64,000 nucleotides of DNA from an uncultured Chloroflexia bacterium (GTDB taxonomy: Bacteria > Chloroflexota > Limnocylindria > Limnocylindrales > CSP1-4). The position numbers and the translations under genes were made by a program. The notes below the pieces were generated by a model. The model did not search any database and was not told the DNA's origin. It saw only the letters and a program-made list of their open reading frames with translations. Positions within the stretch are counted from its first letter, which is position 1; every line of letters starts with the position of its first letter. This document shows, piece by piece, positions 34,326 through 44,074 of this stretch. Location of the stretch: positions 128,001 through 192,000 of the forward strand of contig CAVVYR010000004.1 in the NCBI GenBank assembly GCA_963752475.1, in the 5' to 3' direction.

Positions 34326-35484
34326 TGTCCTTCCCGGGGTTAGTGAGACATCAGGTCATGCGGCCATCAACTCGGTCAGCCAGTCCTGGAGGTGCTGGAG
34401 CGCTGGCACGTGCTCGAAGCCACGATCGGTGAAGGGCGTGCCGTCGTAGCGCTCAGCGGGAGTCTGCCAGTCGAGTTCGCCGTGGAGCCGGTGATAGTCG
34501 TAGTAGACCGCGAAGCGCATCAGTCCCTCGTCCGCGGCCTCGGGCGTGGGGAACAGCTCGCGGTCGAGCAACTCCGCCTGGAGCACGCCCCAGAAGCGCT
34601 CGATCTTGCCGTTCGTCCAGGGCGAGTTGACCTGCGTTCGGACGTGGCGGATGCGCAGCTGCTCGAGGGTCTTGCCGAAGAGCGTCAATACCCCCGGCAT
34701 CCAGGTCGCGAAGGGGCTGCCGTTGTCGCTCATGACCTCGAGCGGGATGCCCACCAGCTCGAGGCACTCGTCGAACCAGGCGAGGATGGGCTCGGTGGCC
34801 GGCCGGGGCAGCACCCGCAGGCCGATGAGGTAGCGGCTGTGGTCGTCGACGAGCCCGACGATCCAGACCTTCGTGCGCTCGTGCTCCGACCGTCGGAGCC
34901 AGAAGGGACCCTTGATGTCGATGTGCCAGAGCTCGTCGGGCCGGGAGCGCTCGTACGCGGGGCCACGTGGGCGGTGGACCCCGGGCCGTGCGGCACCGTA
35001 CTCGCCGAGCAGCGTGTCTACCGCGTGGTGGCGCAAGGGGTAGATGCCCCGACGGGTGAACTCGGCGGCGAGGCGCTTGCTGTTCCAGTACGTCAGGAGG
35101 CGCACCACGATGACCGCCCGCTCGATCGGGGCCGGGAGCCGCTCCGGGACCGGACCGCGCCGTTCGTGGCGCAGGGCCTCGATGCCACCGTCCGCGTAGC
35201 GTCGTCGCCAGCGATGGAGGCTGGCTCGGCTGGCCCCGAGCGCGAGGGCCGCGGCGATGCCCTCGGTGAGGGCGGTCCGGACGCAGCGGATGCGGAACCG
35301 GAGGCCCTCGAGGTCCTCACGCTGCGGCGGTCCCGGCGGCCGTCCGCCGCTCGTGGCGAGGAAGAGGAACCCGGGTCCCTCCTGGTATCGGTTGCGAAGT
35401 GGACGACGGTGCCGGTCGGAGCGTGTCATCCGGCAACGCTAGATACCCCTGCGACCCGATGTCTCACTAACCCCGGGAACTACA
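34326..35484. mobile_element. IS481-family insertion sequence
   Basis: 27-bp terminal IRs, TGTCCTTCCCGGGGTTAGTGAGACATC versus the reverse complement of the right end TGTAGTTCCCGGGGTTAGTGAGACATC (25/27); TGT..ACA ends; flanks CCTAGC and CCTAGG. Confidence 0.92.
34356..35429 (-). CDS. IS481-family DDE transposase (rve domain)
   Basis: HTH with RWRRRY..GGIEAL; WHIDIK, SDNGS.F, SPWTNGKIERF. Confidence 0.93.
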   Translation of the reverse strand: MTRSDRHRRPLRNRYQEGPGFLFLATSGGRPPGPPQREDLEGLRFRIRCVRTALTEGIAAALALGASRASLHRWRRRYADGGIEALRHERRGPVPERLPAPIERAVIVVRLLTYWNSKRLAAEFTRRGIYPLRHHAVDTLLGEYGAARPGVHRPRGPAYERSRPDELWHIDIKGPFWLRRSEHERTKVWIVGLVDDHSRYLIGLRVLPRPATEPILAWFDECLELVGIPLEVMSDNGSPFATWMPGVLTLFGKTLEQLRIRHVRTQVNSPWTNGKIERFWGVLQAELLDRELFPTPEAADEGLMRFAVYYDYHRLHGELDWQTPAERYDGTPFTDRGFEHVPALQHLQDWLTELMAA

Positions 35485-35489
35485 CCTAG

Positions 35490-37338
35490 GAGACTGGTGT
35501 GAAACCGGCCACTCACGGCCTGAGATAGTCCGGTGGATGGCCTCGCGCCGTGGTGACCGGACCTTCAGCGGGTCGGTCGGAACGGTCCGCCGTGGCCCGG
35601 CCGGGTCCCCGTGGCGATCAGGGCCGGCCTGGGCGGCCGCAGGGGGTAGCCCCCGGTCACCCGCTCCCCGTCATCGGTGCTCAGCCGGCCTGCGCGGTCT
35701 CGGTCGGTCCTGGACCGAGGACCCCGAGCACCGCGAGACGGGCCAGGTTGACCGCGGCCGCGAGCAGCGAGAAGTCGGCCGCCACCTTCGGTCGACCCCG
35801 CACCCGGGCGCGACGGCCACCGTGGTGACGACGCACGAGCTGGGCGATGCGACGCTCGACCTTGGGTCGGGTGGCCCGGTAGTCGGCCAGCCAGGCGGGA
35901 TCCCGGCGCGCGGCGCGGGCCCGGACGAGCGCGGCCTCGTAGGGTCCCACCGTGATGCTGCGTCCATCCTTCGCGGTCGTGCAGCGGGCGCGAGGGGACA
36001 GGCGGCACAGGCCGACCCGAAGCTGGCCTCGGCCGCCCGGCGGCGTCGGGCCCGCAGCGGGACGGTCAGCCCGGCCGGGCAGGTGACCGTGGCCGCCTCG
36101 CGGTCGATGGCGAAGTCATCCTTGCTGAAGCGGCCACCCAGGGCGACCGACGGCTGCACCTTGATGCGCGGCTCGGCCCCGGCGGTCTCGAGCGTCTCGA
36201 GCAGTGCGCCACTGCCGTAGCCGGCATCGCCGTAGACGACGGGTGGCACGCCGGGGCCGGGCTCGCGGGCTTCGAGCTCGGCCTCGAGCAGCTCGGGTGC
36301 GACCGCCGCATCGCCGCCGTTGCCCGGCGTCACGGCCGTCGCGGTCACGATCTCGCTGTCGGGGTCGATCGCGACGTGGCCCTTGTAGCCGTCGAAGCTG
36401 CGGGCCTGGGTCTTGTGCCCGTGGCGGGCATCGGGATCGACCGTGCTGACGATCCGGTCGGGCGCCACCCGCCGGGCGATGCGGAAGGTGCCCTCGCCGT
36501 CGGTCTCGAGGTCCTGGCCCAGCAGCGTCGCGAGCAGCGCGGCGGCCTCGGCGAGGGGCGCGTCGATGGCCTCGCCCTCGAGCGCGACGAGCAGCGCGCT
36601 GGCATCGGTCGCGACGCATCGATGAGGGCCTCGCGCGCTGCGGCGTCCTCCCAGTCGATGGCGGGCTTGCCGCCGCTTCGATAGTCGTCGTCACGCCCGA
36701 GGAGGGAACGGAGCTCGTCCTCGCGCTCGCCCGCGACCCGGAGCAGGCCGCGGATGCCCGAGCGCAGGAGCGTGACGGTGTCCATCGTGGCCACCGCGTC
36801 ATAGAGCGGCGTCGAGTCGAGCACCGGCGGCGACCACGAGGCCGGCCTCGCGGGCCGCGCCGAGGGCGACCTCGAAGATGCGCTCCGGATGTTCGGAACC
36901 CGCGAGGCGGGCACGCATGTCCACGAGCACGGTGTGGCTGAAGCCGGGATGGTCGAAGTCGAGCCCACCGCAGGCGTACTTCCAGCGTACGTCGAAGCTG
37001 AAGCGCTCGACAGCCTCACGGTCGGACAGGCCCTCGAGGCGCTGGAGCACCATCACCACGGCCACGATCATCGGTGGCACCGAGCGCCGCCCGACGTCGG
37101 TGAAGAGGTCCGCGAAGGCCTCGTCGGGGAAGAGTCGGTGGCACTCACGGTGCAGCAGGGCGTAGACCGAGTCGGGTGCGACCCGACCCTCGCAGTAGCT
37201 CGCACTGGAACGGAAGATGTCGGCCTGGGTGGGGCTGTGTCCGAGCGTCATGCCGCCAGATTCCCAGATCCCCGCTTCGATCGCCGACCGATCTCGCATC
37301 TCCAGGCGGTCAGGACGGCGGCACGAAAGACACAGCTC
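35490..37338. mobile_element. IS1182-like insertion sequence flanked by duplicated CTAG
   Basis: CTAG at 35486-35489 and 37339-37342; weak end similarity GAGACTGGTGT versus GAGCTGTGT; contains a transposase. Confidence 0.7.
35681..37251 (-). pseudogene. IS1182-family transposase, several frameshifts
   Basis: DUF772-like FADLF..GRRSVPP..LQRLEGLSDREA; LDSTP; RIVSTVDPDARHGHK..FDGYKGH; YGDAGY; TCPAG; YRATRPKVER, spread over several frames. Confidence 0.85.
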
Positions 37339-38259
37339 CTAGGCCATGTCGATGGTCACGTCGTCGGCCACGCCGCCGAGCATGGTGTAGTCGGTGGGCG
37401 CCGTCTGCAGCAGTGAACCGGGCACGAACTCGCTGACCGGACCGTGGGCCACGAGGCGGGCGATGAAGCGCTGCCAGCTGACCCCGCCGCCGAGATCGCC
37501 GTCCAGCCAGAACGAGCGTCGGGCCGCGCCGAGGATCTCGGCGGGGCCGATGGTGGCAGCCTTGGGCGGCACGTTGGACCAGTCGCCGCCGAATGAGTGC
37601 AGCGCATTCTGCATGATGGTCATGGGGTTGAGCTCCACGATCCGCGGACCGGCAGCCTTGTAGGCCTCGAGGTCACCACCAAACTCGTGGCCAAGGTGTG
37701 ACTCCCAGAAGGCGATGTGGCCACACCAGCCGATGCCGCCATAGCAGGTGTCGGCGCCACCAAGCTCCGCGATCGCCTCTCCGTACCCTTCGATGGTCTC
37801 GGTGGAGGGGAAGTGGATCTGACCTTCGGGCGGACGAAGCTCGGCGTCGATACGGTCCCAGAAGACCTCGTACATCGCGCGCTTGAAGGAGCCCTCCCAG
37901 GTGACCGGGGCGGTGTTGCCCTCCTCGTCCGCGTACTCGTCCATGTTGAAGGTGTGGACGTGGTCCATGGTCAGGCCGCGCTCGTTGATCATGGCCACGG
38001 CCTTGGTGAACTGCGGTACGGGGCCCACCGGCAGGATGAGCACGCAGCGGCGGCCCTCCTCGCGGGTGGTCTCGATGCGCGCGACGATGTCATTGGCGAA
38101 GGCCGTGTAGAAGGCGTCCACGTCGTCCTCGACCCGGATGCGGAACTCGGGGTTGGGATGCTGCGTGATCTCCGCGCGCGTGATGGCGCGAACTCGCGCG
38201 AGCTCGGCCCGGTCACGGAACTCGATGAAGTTGGCGAGGTTGTAGGTGAACGTGCTCAT
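37339..38259 (-). CDS. NagB/RpiA superfamily protein (glucosamine-6-phosphate isomerase-like)
   Basis: LILPVGPVPQ, TFNMDEY, GGAD.CYGGIGWCGHIAFWE, PGSLLQ; its TAG stop lies in the IS target CTAG. Confidence 0.85.
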   Translation of the reverse strand: MSTFTYNLANFIEFRDRAELARVRAITRAEITQHPNPEFRIRVEDDVDAFYTAFANDIVARIETTREEGRRCVLILPVGPVPQFTKAVAMINERGLTMDHVHTFNMDEYADEEGNTAPVTWEGSFKRAMYEVFWDRIDAELRPPEGQIHFPSTETIEGYGEAIAELGGADTCYGGIGWCGHIAFWESHLGHEFGGDLEAYKAAGPRIVELNPMTIMQNALHSFGGDWSNVPPKAATIGPAEILGAARRSFWLDGDLGGGVSWQRFIARLVAHGPVSEFVPGSLLQTAPTDYTMLGGVADDVTIDMA

Positions 38260-38581
38260 GTCCGGCCAGGACGCCGAAGGTGCGGCTCTGAACCGCATCG
38301 CCAAGGGCACGCAGACTCAGACCGTCTGGGTCGACGCACGCGTCCTGGGCGAGGCTGCCGCCAACGTGGCCGTGGCCCTGGCCGGTGGCGCGGCCCTCGA
38401 CGAGATCGAAGGCTCAGCCATCTTCTCCGATGGCCCCAACGGTGTGGACATGAACTCCGTGCTGCTGACGCCGGTCTCGGTCACCCAGGACAACCTCGGC
38501 GAACTGGTCGAGGCTGGCTGGATCACCGAGGAGGAACTGTGCGCGGGCGTGGAGGCCGGCTCGATCGCCGCTTGCCCGTAG
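38258..38581 (+). pseudogene. 3' fragment of a second XylF-like sugar-binding protein
   Basis: [53 protein letters not shown] aligns with the C-terminal third of 38929-39981; the 5' part is absent. Confidence 0.85.
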
Positions 38582-38600
38582 TCGATATCCGGTAGCCGCA

Positions 38601-38640
38601 CGAACGCCCCGCCACGGCCAGAACCGTGGTGGGGCGTTCG
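38601..38640 (+). terminator. Strong hairpin after the xylF fragment
   Basis: CGAACGCCCCGCCACGG / CCGTGGTGGGGCGTTCG. Confidence 0.65.
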
Positions 38641-38730
38641 CATTCCCGGCGCGAGGAGCCCTGACAGATCCGAGCAAGGCTGGAGACCGTGGAGCTGCAG
38701 GGTCTCGGGCTGCCCATGCGCTCGACCTGA

Positions 38731-38832
38731 TGTAATCGTTTGCTGCCAAGTCCGCAGCCGGATCCGCTCCTGTAAGCGGTTTCAGATTCTTGGCTCCAGC
38801 TATTTGACAGGTGCGCCACGGCGTGCGGTAAT
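38731..38832 (+). promoter_or_regulatory. Two LacI-family operator-like sites and a sigma70-type promoter for the sugar ABC operon
   Basis: TGTAATCGTTTGCT (38731) and TGTAAGCGGTTTCA (38771) fit TGWAANCGNTNWCA; TTGACA at 38804, 17 nt, then GGTAAT at 38827. Confidence 0.7.
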
Positions 38833-38928
38833 CCCTCTGCGAAAGGAACGACATCGTTCCGCGCGGGGGACAGCCTTGTTCCCGAAAGAAGGAACGTCCC
38901 CCCGTTCCACATAGGAGGAGGACCGCGA

Positions 38929-39981
38929 ATGCGGAATGCCAAGATTGGCGTAGTTGGCGCGCTTGCCCTGTCCCTGACTGCCGCCTCGTTCGGCGCAGCT
39001 CTCGCGCAGGACGATGAGGTCGTCGTCGGTGTGTCCTGGAACAACTTCCAGGAGGAGCGCTGGGCGCTGCGTGACGAGCCGGCGATCAAGGCCGTGCTCG
39101 ACGAGGCCGGGGCCCAGTACATCTCGACCGACGCCGCGTCGTCCGCCGAGAAGCAGGTCTCCGACATCGAACAGCTCATCACGCAGGGTGCTGACGCTCT
39201 CATTATCCTGGCCCAGGACAACGAGGCGATTCTGCCCGCAGTGCAGGATGCGCTCGACCAGGGCATCCCCGTGGTCGCCTACGACCGCCTCTTCGAGACG
39301 GAGGCCGATGGCGCCTACTACGTCACGTTCGACAACGTCGAGGTCGGCCGCATGCAGGCGCGTGCGATCCTCGAGGCGATGCCGGCTGGCAACTACGTCT
39401 TCATCAAGGGCAACTCGGCTGACCCCAACGCAGACTTCCTGCGCGGCGGCCAGCAGGAAGTCCTGCAGGAGGCCATCGACGCTGGCGACATCGTCAACGT
39501 CGGCGAGCAGTACACCGACAACTGGGATCCGGCTGTTGCCCAGCGCAACATGGAGCAGATCCTGACCGACAACGACAACATGGTCGACGCGGTCGTGGCT
39601 TCGAACGACGGTACCGCCGGTGGTTCGATCGCAGCCCTCGCCGCCCAGGGTCTTGACGGTGTGGTTCCGGTCTCCGGCCAGGACGCTGAGAACGCGGCCC
39701 TGAACCGTGTGGCGCTCGGCACCCAGACCGTCACGGTCTGGAAGGACGCCCGCGAGCTGGGCAAGGCTGCAGCTGAGCTGGCCCTGCAGGCTGTCGACGG
39801 CATGGTCGAAGGCACCACCGAGTTCGCTGATGGTCCCAAGGGCATCGCCATGGAAGCGATCCTCCTGGCCCCGACCCCGATCCAGCAGGACAACCTGCAG
39901 CTCGTGGTCGACGCCGGCTGGATCAGCCAGGAAGAGCTGTGCGCAGGCGTGGAGGCCGGCACGGTCGAGGCCTGCGGCTAG
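38929..39981 (+). CDS. xylF: D-xylose-type ABC substrate-binding protein
   Basis: [28 protein letters not shown]...[20 protein letters not shown]; AGGAGGAGG RBS. Confidence 0.88.
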   Translation: MRNAKIGVVGALALSLTAASFGAALAQDDEVVVGVSWNNFQEERWALRDEPAIKAVLDEAGAQYISTDAASSAEKQVSDIEQLITQGADALIILAQDNEAILPAVQDALDQGIPVVAYDRLFETEADGAYYVTFDNVEVGRMQARAILEAMPAGNYVFIKGNSADPNADFLRGGQQEVLQEAIDAGDIVNVGEQYTDNWDPAVAQRNMEQILTDNDNMVDAVVASNDGTAGGSIAALAAQGLDGVVPVSGQDAENAALNRVALGTQTVTVWKDARELGKAAAELALQAVDGMVEGTTEFADGPKGIAMEAILLAPTPIQQDNLQLVVDAGWISQEELCAGVEAGTVEACG

Positions 39982-40003
39982 TCCTAGCTCACTCGTAACC
40001 GTC

Positions 40004-40041
40004 ACGCGCCCTGTGCAGGCAGCGAGCCTCACAGGGCGCGT
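40004..40041 (+). other. Intercistronic stem-loop after the binding-protein gene
   Basis: ACGCGCCCTGTG...CACAGGGCGCGT, no U tract. Confidence 0.55.
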
Positions 40042-40092
40042 ACTCTATTCCGGTCCGCGACATGACCACCATCGGAGCTGGGGAGAACCCGA

Positions 40093-41505
40093 ATGAGTGA
40101 CACGCCGGCGACCCCTGCCGAGAAGACACCGGCAGCAGGTGGGCCGCAGCCAGGCGGCGGCACCTTCAATGAGTTCAAGCGCGCCGGCGGTGCGCTCTAC
40201 CGCGCCACCGAGGTGGATGGCCGACTGCTCGGCCTGATGATCGCGCTGGCCGTCGCCTGGATCATGTTCGACATCCTGTCCAGGATCTACGGACAGGGCG
40301 GCGACTCCATCTTCGGCGGCAGCTTCCTGACGCCGCGCAACCTCTTCAACCTGTCGGTCCAGACCGCCTCGGTCGCGGTCATGGCCACCGGCATGGTGCT
40401 CATCATCGTGTCGCGCAACATCGACCTCTCGGTCGGCTCCATGCTCGGCTTCCTGGCCATGGTCATGGCCATCGTGCAGAAGGAGATCCTGCCCGACTTC
40501 ATCGGGTTCGACAATCAGTTCACCTGGCTCATCGCGCTGGCCGTCGGCATCACCATGGGCGCACTCATCGGAGGCGGCCAAGGCTTCCTCATCGCCTTCC
40601 TGGGGATTCCGGCCTTCATCGTGACCCTGGGCGGCATGCTCGTCTGGCGTGGTGGAGCATTCCTGCTTGCGAGCGGACGGACGATCGCGCCGCTCGACGA
40701 GAACTTCAGCCGCATCGGTGGTGGCACGGAAGGTGCGCTGGGCTTGCTCGGGATGGACCTGGGCATCGGCTCTTCGACCTTGAGCTGGATCCTGGGCTTC
40801 CTCGTGGTCGGCGGCCTCGTCGTCCTCGTGGTCATGGCTCGCCGGCGCCGGCAGGCCTTCGACTTCCCCACCCGTCCGAGGTGGGCAGAGGCCCTCATCA
40901 TCGGTATCGGCACCGTGCTCGTGCTGGGTGGGGTCTGGGTCGTCAACAGCTACAACTGGCCCATCCGCGTGGCCCAGCGCTACGCTGAGGCCAACGGCAT
41001 CGAGATCCCCGAGGGCGGGCTGATCCTCTCGACCGGCATCGCCTACCCGGTGCTCATCATGATCGCGGTCGCCGCGGTCATGACCTGGATCGCACGTCGC
41101 CGCCAGTTCGGCCGCTACGTGTACGCCATCGGCGGGAACCCTGAAGCAGCTGAGCTCTCAGGCATCAACGTGCGCCGCACGCTGATGCTGACGTTCGCGC
41201 TCATGGGTGTGCTGGTGGCCATCAGCGCCGCTATCACCTCGGGTCGCCTGGACGCGGCCACGAATGCGCTGGGGCAGTGGAACGAGCTCTTCGTCATCGC
41301 TGCGGCCGTCATCGGTGGCACCTCGTTCGCCGGCGGCATCGGCACCATCCCAGGCGCCATCCTGGGCGCACTCTTCATGCAGACCCTGCAATCGGGCATG
41401 GTGCTCATCGGCTTTGACACGGCCCAGCAGAACATCGTCGTCGGCATCGTCCTGGTGATCGCCGTCGGCATCGATACCGCCTATCGCAGGAGGGCATCCA
41501 CATGA
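40093..41505 (+). CDS. xylH: Xylose-type ABC permease
   Basis: [53 protein letters not shown]. Confidence 0.88.
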   Translation: MSDTPATPAEKTPAAGGPQPGGGTFNEFKRAGGALYRATEVDGRLLGLMIALAVAWIMFDILSRIYGQGGDSIFGGSFLTPRNLFNLSVQTASVAVMATGMVLIIVSRNIDLSVGSMLGFLAMVMAIVQKEILPDFIGFDNQFTWLIALAVGITMGALIGGGQGFLIAFLGIPAFIVTLGGMLVWRGGAFLLASGRTIAPLDENFSRIGGGTEGALGLLGMDLGIGSSTLSWILGFLVVGGLVVLVVMARRRRQAFDFPTRPRWAEALIIGIGTVLVLGGVWVVNSYNWPIRVAQRYAEANGIEIPEGGLILSTGIAYPVLIMIAVAAVMTWIARRRQFGRYVYAIGGNPEAAELSGINVRRTLMLTFALMGVLVAISAAITSGRLDAATNALGQWNELFVIAAAVIGGTSFAGGIGTIPGAILGALFMQTLQSGMVLIGFDTAQQNIVVGIVLVIAVGIDTAYRRRAST

Positions 41506-42365
41506 CCGCCGAAGAGACCGCCATGGCGGCTGCTCCCGAGCCCACACCCGAGCCCGAGGCAGAGCCTGAGACCCGAGCCCGCATCTCCACGAGCGGAACG
41601 CCGCTCGTGGAGATGCGCAAGATCAGGGTCTCCTTCGGCGGCGTCCACGCTGTCGACGACGTGACCATCGACCTCTACCCGGGCGAGGTCATGGGCCTCG
41701 TGGGAGGCAACGGTGCCGGCAAGTCGACGCTGATGAAGTGCCTGTCGGGCGCGCGCCCACCCGATTCGGGGTCGATCCTCGTGGACGGCCAGAAGGCGGA
41801 GATCAACAACCCGCGGCAGGCCAAGAAGTACAACATCGAGACCATCTACCAGACGCTGGCCCTGGCCGACAACCAAGACGCGCCGGCGAACATGTTCCTG
41901 GGCCGCGAGCTCAAGACGCGACTGGGCAATCTCGACGACGCGTCGATGGAGTCCGCTACGCGCGAGGTCATCGCCCGTCTGAACCCCAACTTCCAGAACT
42001 TCAAGTCACCGGTGAAGTCCCTGTCCGGCGGCCAGCGCCAAGCGGTCGCCATCGCGCGCGCCGTGCACTTCAACGCCAGGATCCTGATCATGGACGAGCC
42101 GACCGCAGCGCTTGGTCCGGCGGAGACGGCCCAGGTGCGCGACCTCATCAAGCAGCTCGAGAAGGAAGGCATCGGTATCTTCCTCATCAGCCACGACATC
42201 CATGACGTGTTCGACTTGTCGCATCGCATCGCGGTCATGTACCACGGCCGGATCGTGGGCATCGTCAACCGCGATGACGTCACGCCCGACGATGTCCTGG
42301 GCATGATCATCATGGGCAAGTCGCTCGAGGAAGTCACCGAGGAGGAGCGGGCCACGCTGCACTAG
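41502..42365 (+). CDS. Sugar ABC ATP-binding protein, single NBD
   Basis: [35 protein letters not shown]. Confidence 0.93.
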   Translation: MTAEETAMAAAPEPTPEPEAEPETRARISTSGTPLVEMRKIRVSFGGVHAVDDVTIDLYPGEVMGLVGGNGAGKSTLMKCLSGARPPDSGSILVDGQKAEINNPRQAKKYNIETIYQTLALADNQDAPANMFLGRELKTRLGNLDDASMESATREVIARLNPNFQNFKSPVKSLSGGQRQAVAIARAVHFNARILIMDEPTAALGPAETAQVRDLIKQLEKEGIGIFLISHDIHDVFDLSHRIAVMYHGRIVGIVNRDDVTPDDVLGMIIMGKSLEEVTEEERATLH

Positions 42366-42405
42366 CCGGCTGACACGGCAGGCTCGGTCCAGCGCGGCAA
42401 GTGCC

Positions 42406-43083
42406 ATGCTGAAGGTGTTCGTCTCGGTGTGGTCTACCGACCTGCTAGCGATGGGTGCCTCGCTCGACCCCATCGCCGATGTGGTCGACGGGCTCCACGT
42501 GGATGTCACGGACGGCCACCTGGTGCCCGAGTTGCTCTTCGGGCCGGACCTCGTCAGCGCACTCCGCGGGCGATATCCCGATCTGCCCATCGAGACGCAT
42601 CTGATGGTGGCCGAAGCGGATGCCTGGATCGAGCGGATGGCCAGGGCGGGCGCCTCGATGGTCACGATCCATCCACGCAGCTGTCCCGATCTCGGGAGTT
42701 CGCTCGCTCTCCTGGCCGGTACCGGCGCGCAGCCCGGTATCGCGCTCGAGCTGGAGGATCCGATCGCCACGGCTGCGGGGCACATCGAGGATGTCGATCG
42801 CATCCTGCTGATGGGGACGGAGATCGGCATCAAGGGCGTGGAGATCGACGACCGCGTGTACGACCGCGTTCACCAGGCGATCGGGCTTCGCGAGGCCAGC
42901 ACGCGCCGACCCGAGGTCTACGTGGACGGCGGCATCCGCCCCCACACCGCTCCGCTCATCGACGCCGCCGGAGCGGACGGCGTGACCCCGGGTTCACTGA
43001 TCCTCTCGGCCCCCGATCCATGCGCCGCGATCGAGGCGCTGCACACGGGTCCCTCGCTGTCGACGGCGGCTAGCTCGGTCTAG
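42406..43083 (+). CDS. Ribulose-phosphate 3-epimerase family protein
   Basis: LHVDVTDGH.VP, THLMV, LLM, VDGGI. Confidence 0.88.
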   Translation: MLKVFVSVWSTDLLAMGASLDPIADVVDGLHVDVTDGHLVPELLFGPDLVSALRGRYPDLPIETHLMVAEADAWIERMARAGASMVTIHPRSCPDLGSSLALLAGTGAQPGIALELEDPIATAAGHIEDVDRILLMGTEIGIKGVEIDDRVYDRVHQAIGLREASTRRPEVYVDGGIRPHTAPLIDAAGADGVTPGSLILSAPDPCAAIEALHTGPSLSTAASSV

Positions 43084-44000
43084 CTCTCCCGGCGCGAAGC
43101 GATCCAGGCGCCGGCCATCACCAGCAGCACGCCCGCGAGCGCGATGGGCGCGACGGTCTCGCCGAGGATGAGCACGCCCAGCACGATGGCCACGATGGGC
43201 AGGAAGTAGATGGCGACGCTGGCCCTGGGGCCGCCGACACGGCCGGTGAGCGTGCCCATGAGCACGAAGGCGGCGCCGGTACCCAGCACGCCGACCGGGA
43301 TCATGGCCAGTGCCGATTCCCACGACCAGCTCGAGCCAGGGATCTGCCACAACCCGATGGGCGCGACGATGAGCAGTGCCACCAGCTGCGCCCGGAAGAC
43401 CACGGGCACCGCGCCGTACTTCTGTGACAGCGGGACCGAAAGGTTGGCCGCGAGTCCGTAGAACGTCACCGCCACCACCACCAGCAGCGCGCCCAGGAGC
43501 TGGTCACCACCGACCTCCAGCTCCGGCACGAACACCAGCAACATGCCCGCGAACCCGAGGCCGATGCCGAGGAGCTGTCGCCAGCCGGGCAGCTTGCGCA
43601 TGAGGTAGATGGCCCAGAGCACGGTGAACACCGGCATGGCCCCGTTGATCATCCCCGTCACGGCCGAGCTGATCCACTGCTGAGCGACCGGGAAGATGAG
43701 CAGGGGGATCGCGATCCAGACCGCGCCGAGCACCGCGATGCGCGGCCAGTCCTCACGCTCGACACCGGCGCGAGCCTTGGAGAAGAGCGCCAGCGTGGCT
43801 GCGCCCAGCCCGATCCGCGCGAGAGTGATGGCGCCGGGCTCGAACGAGCGCAGGCCGATCTCCATGAACAGGAACGAGGAGCCCCAGATGAGCGCGATCG
43901 CCGCCAGCAGGCCCCAGTCGAGCGGCGCGTAGGCGTACACGTTCGTGCCGCCGGCGGTGGCAGGCAGGGACGAACGCGGGATGGTCCTCGGGGAACTCAC
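43080..44000 (-). CDS. EamA/DMT transporter
   Basis: IWGSSFLF, about 10 TMs, PIVAIVLGVLILGE. Confidence 0.9.
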   Translation of the reverse strand: MSSPRTIPRSSLPATAGGTNVYAYAPLDWGLLAAIALIWGSSFLFMEIGLRSFEPGAITLARIGLGAATLALFSKARAGVEREDWPRIAVLGAVWIAIPLLIFPVAQQWISSAVTGMINGAMPVFTVLWAIYLMRKLPGWRQLLGIGLGFAGMLLVFVPELEVGGDQLLGALLVVVAVTFYGLAANLSVPLSQKYGAVPVVFRAQLVALLIVAPIGLWQIPGSSWSWESALAMIPVGVLGTGAAFVLMGTLTGRVGGPRASVAIYFLPIVAIVLGVLILGETVAPIALAGVLLVMAGAWIASRRES

Positions 44001-44074
44001 GCCTTCATCGTAGTCGGGCCGAGGGCGGTGTCGGGGGATCGCTCTGCACGTCTTCCCCGTGGTCGAGGTCTAGC

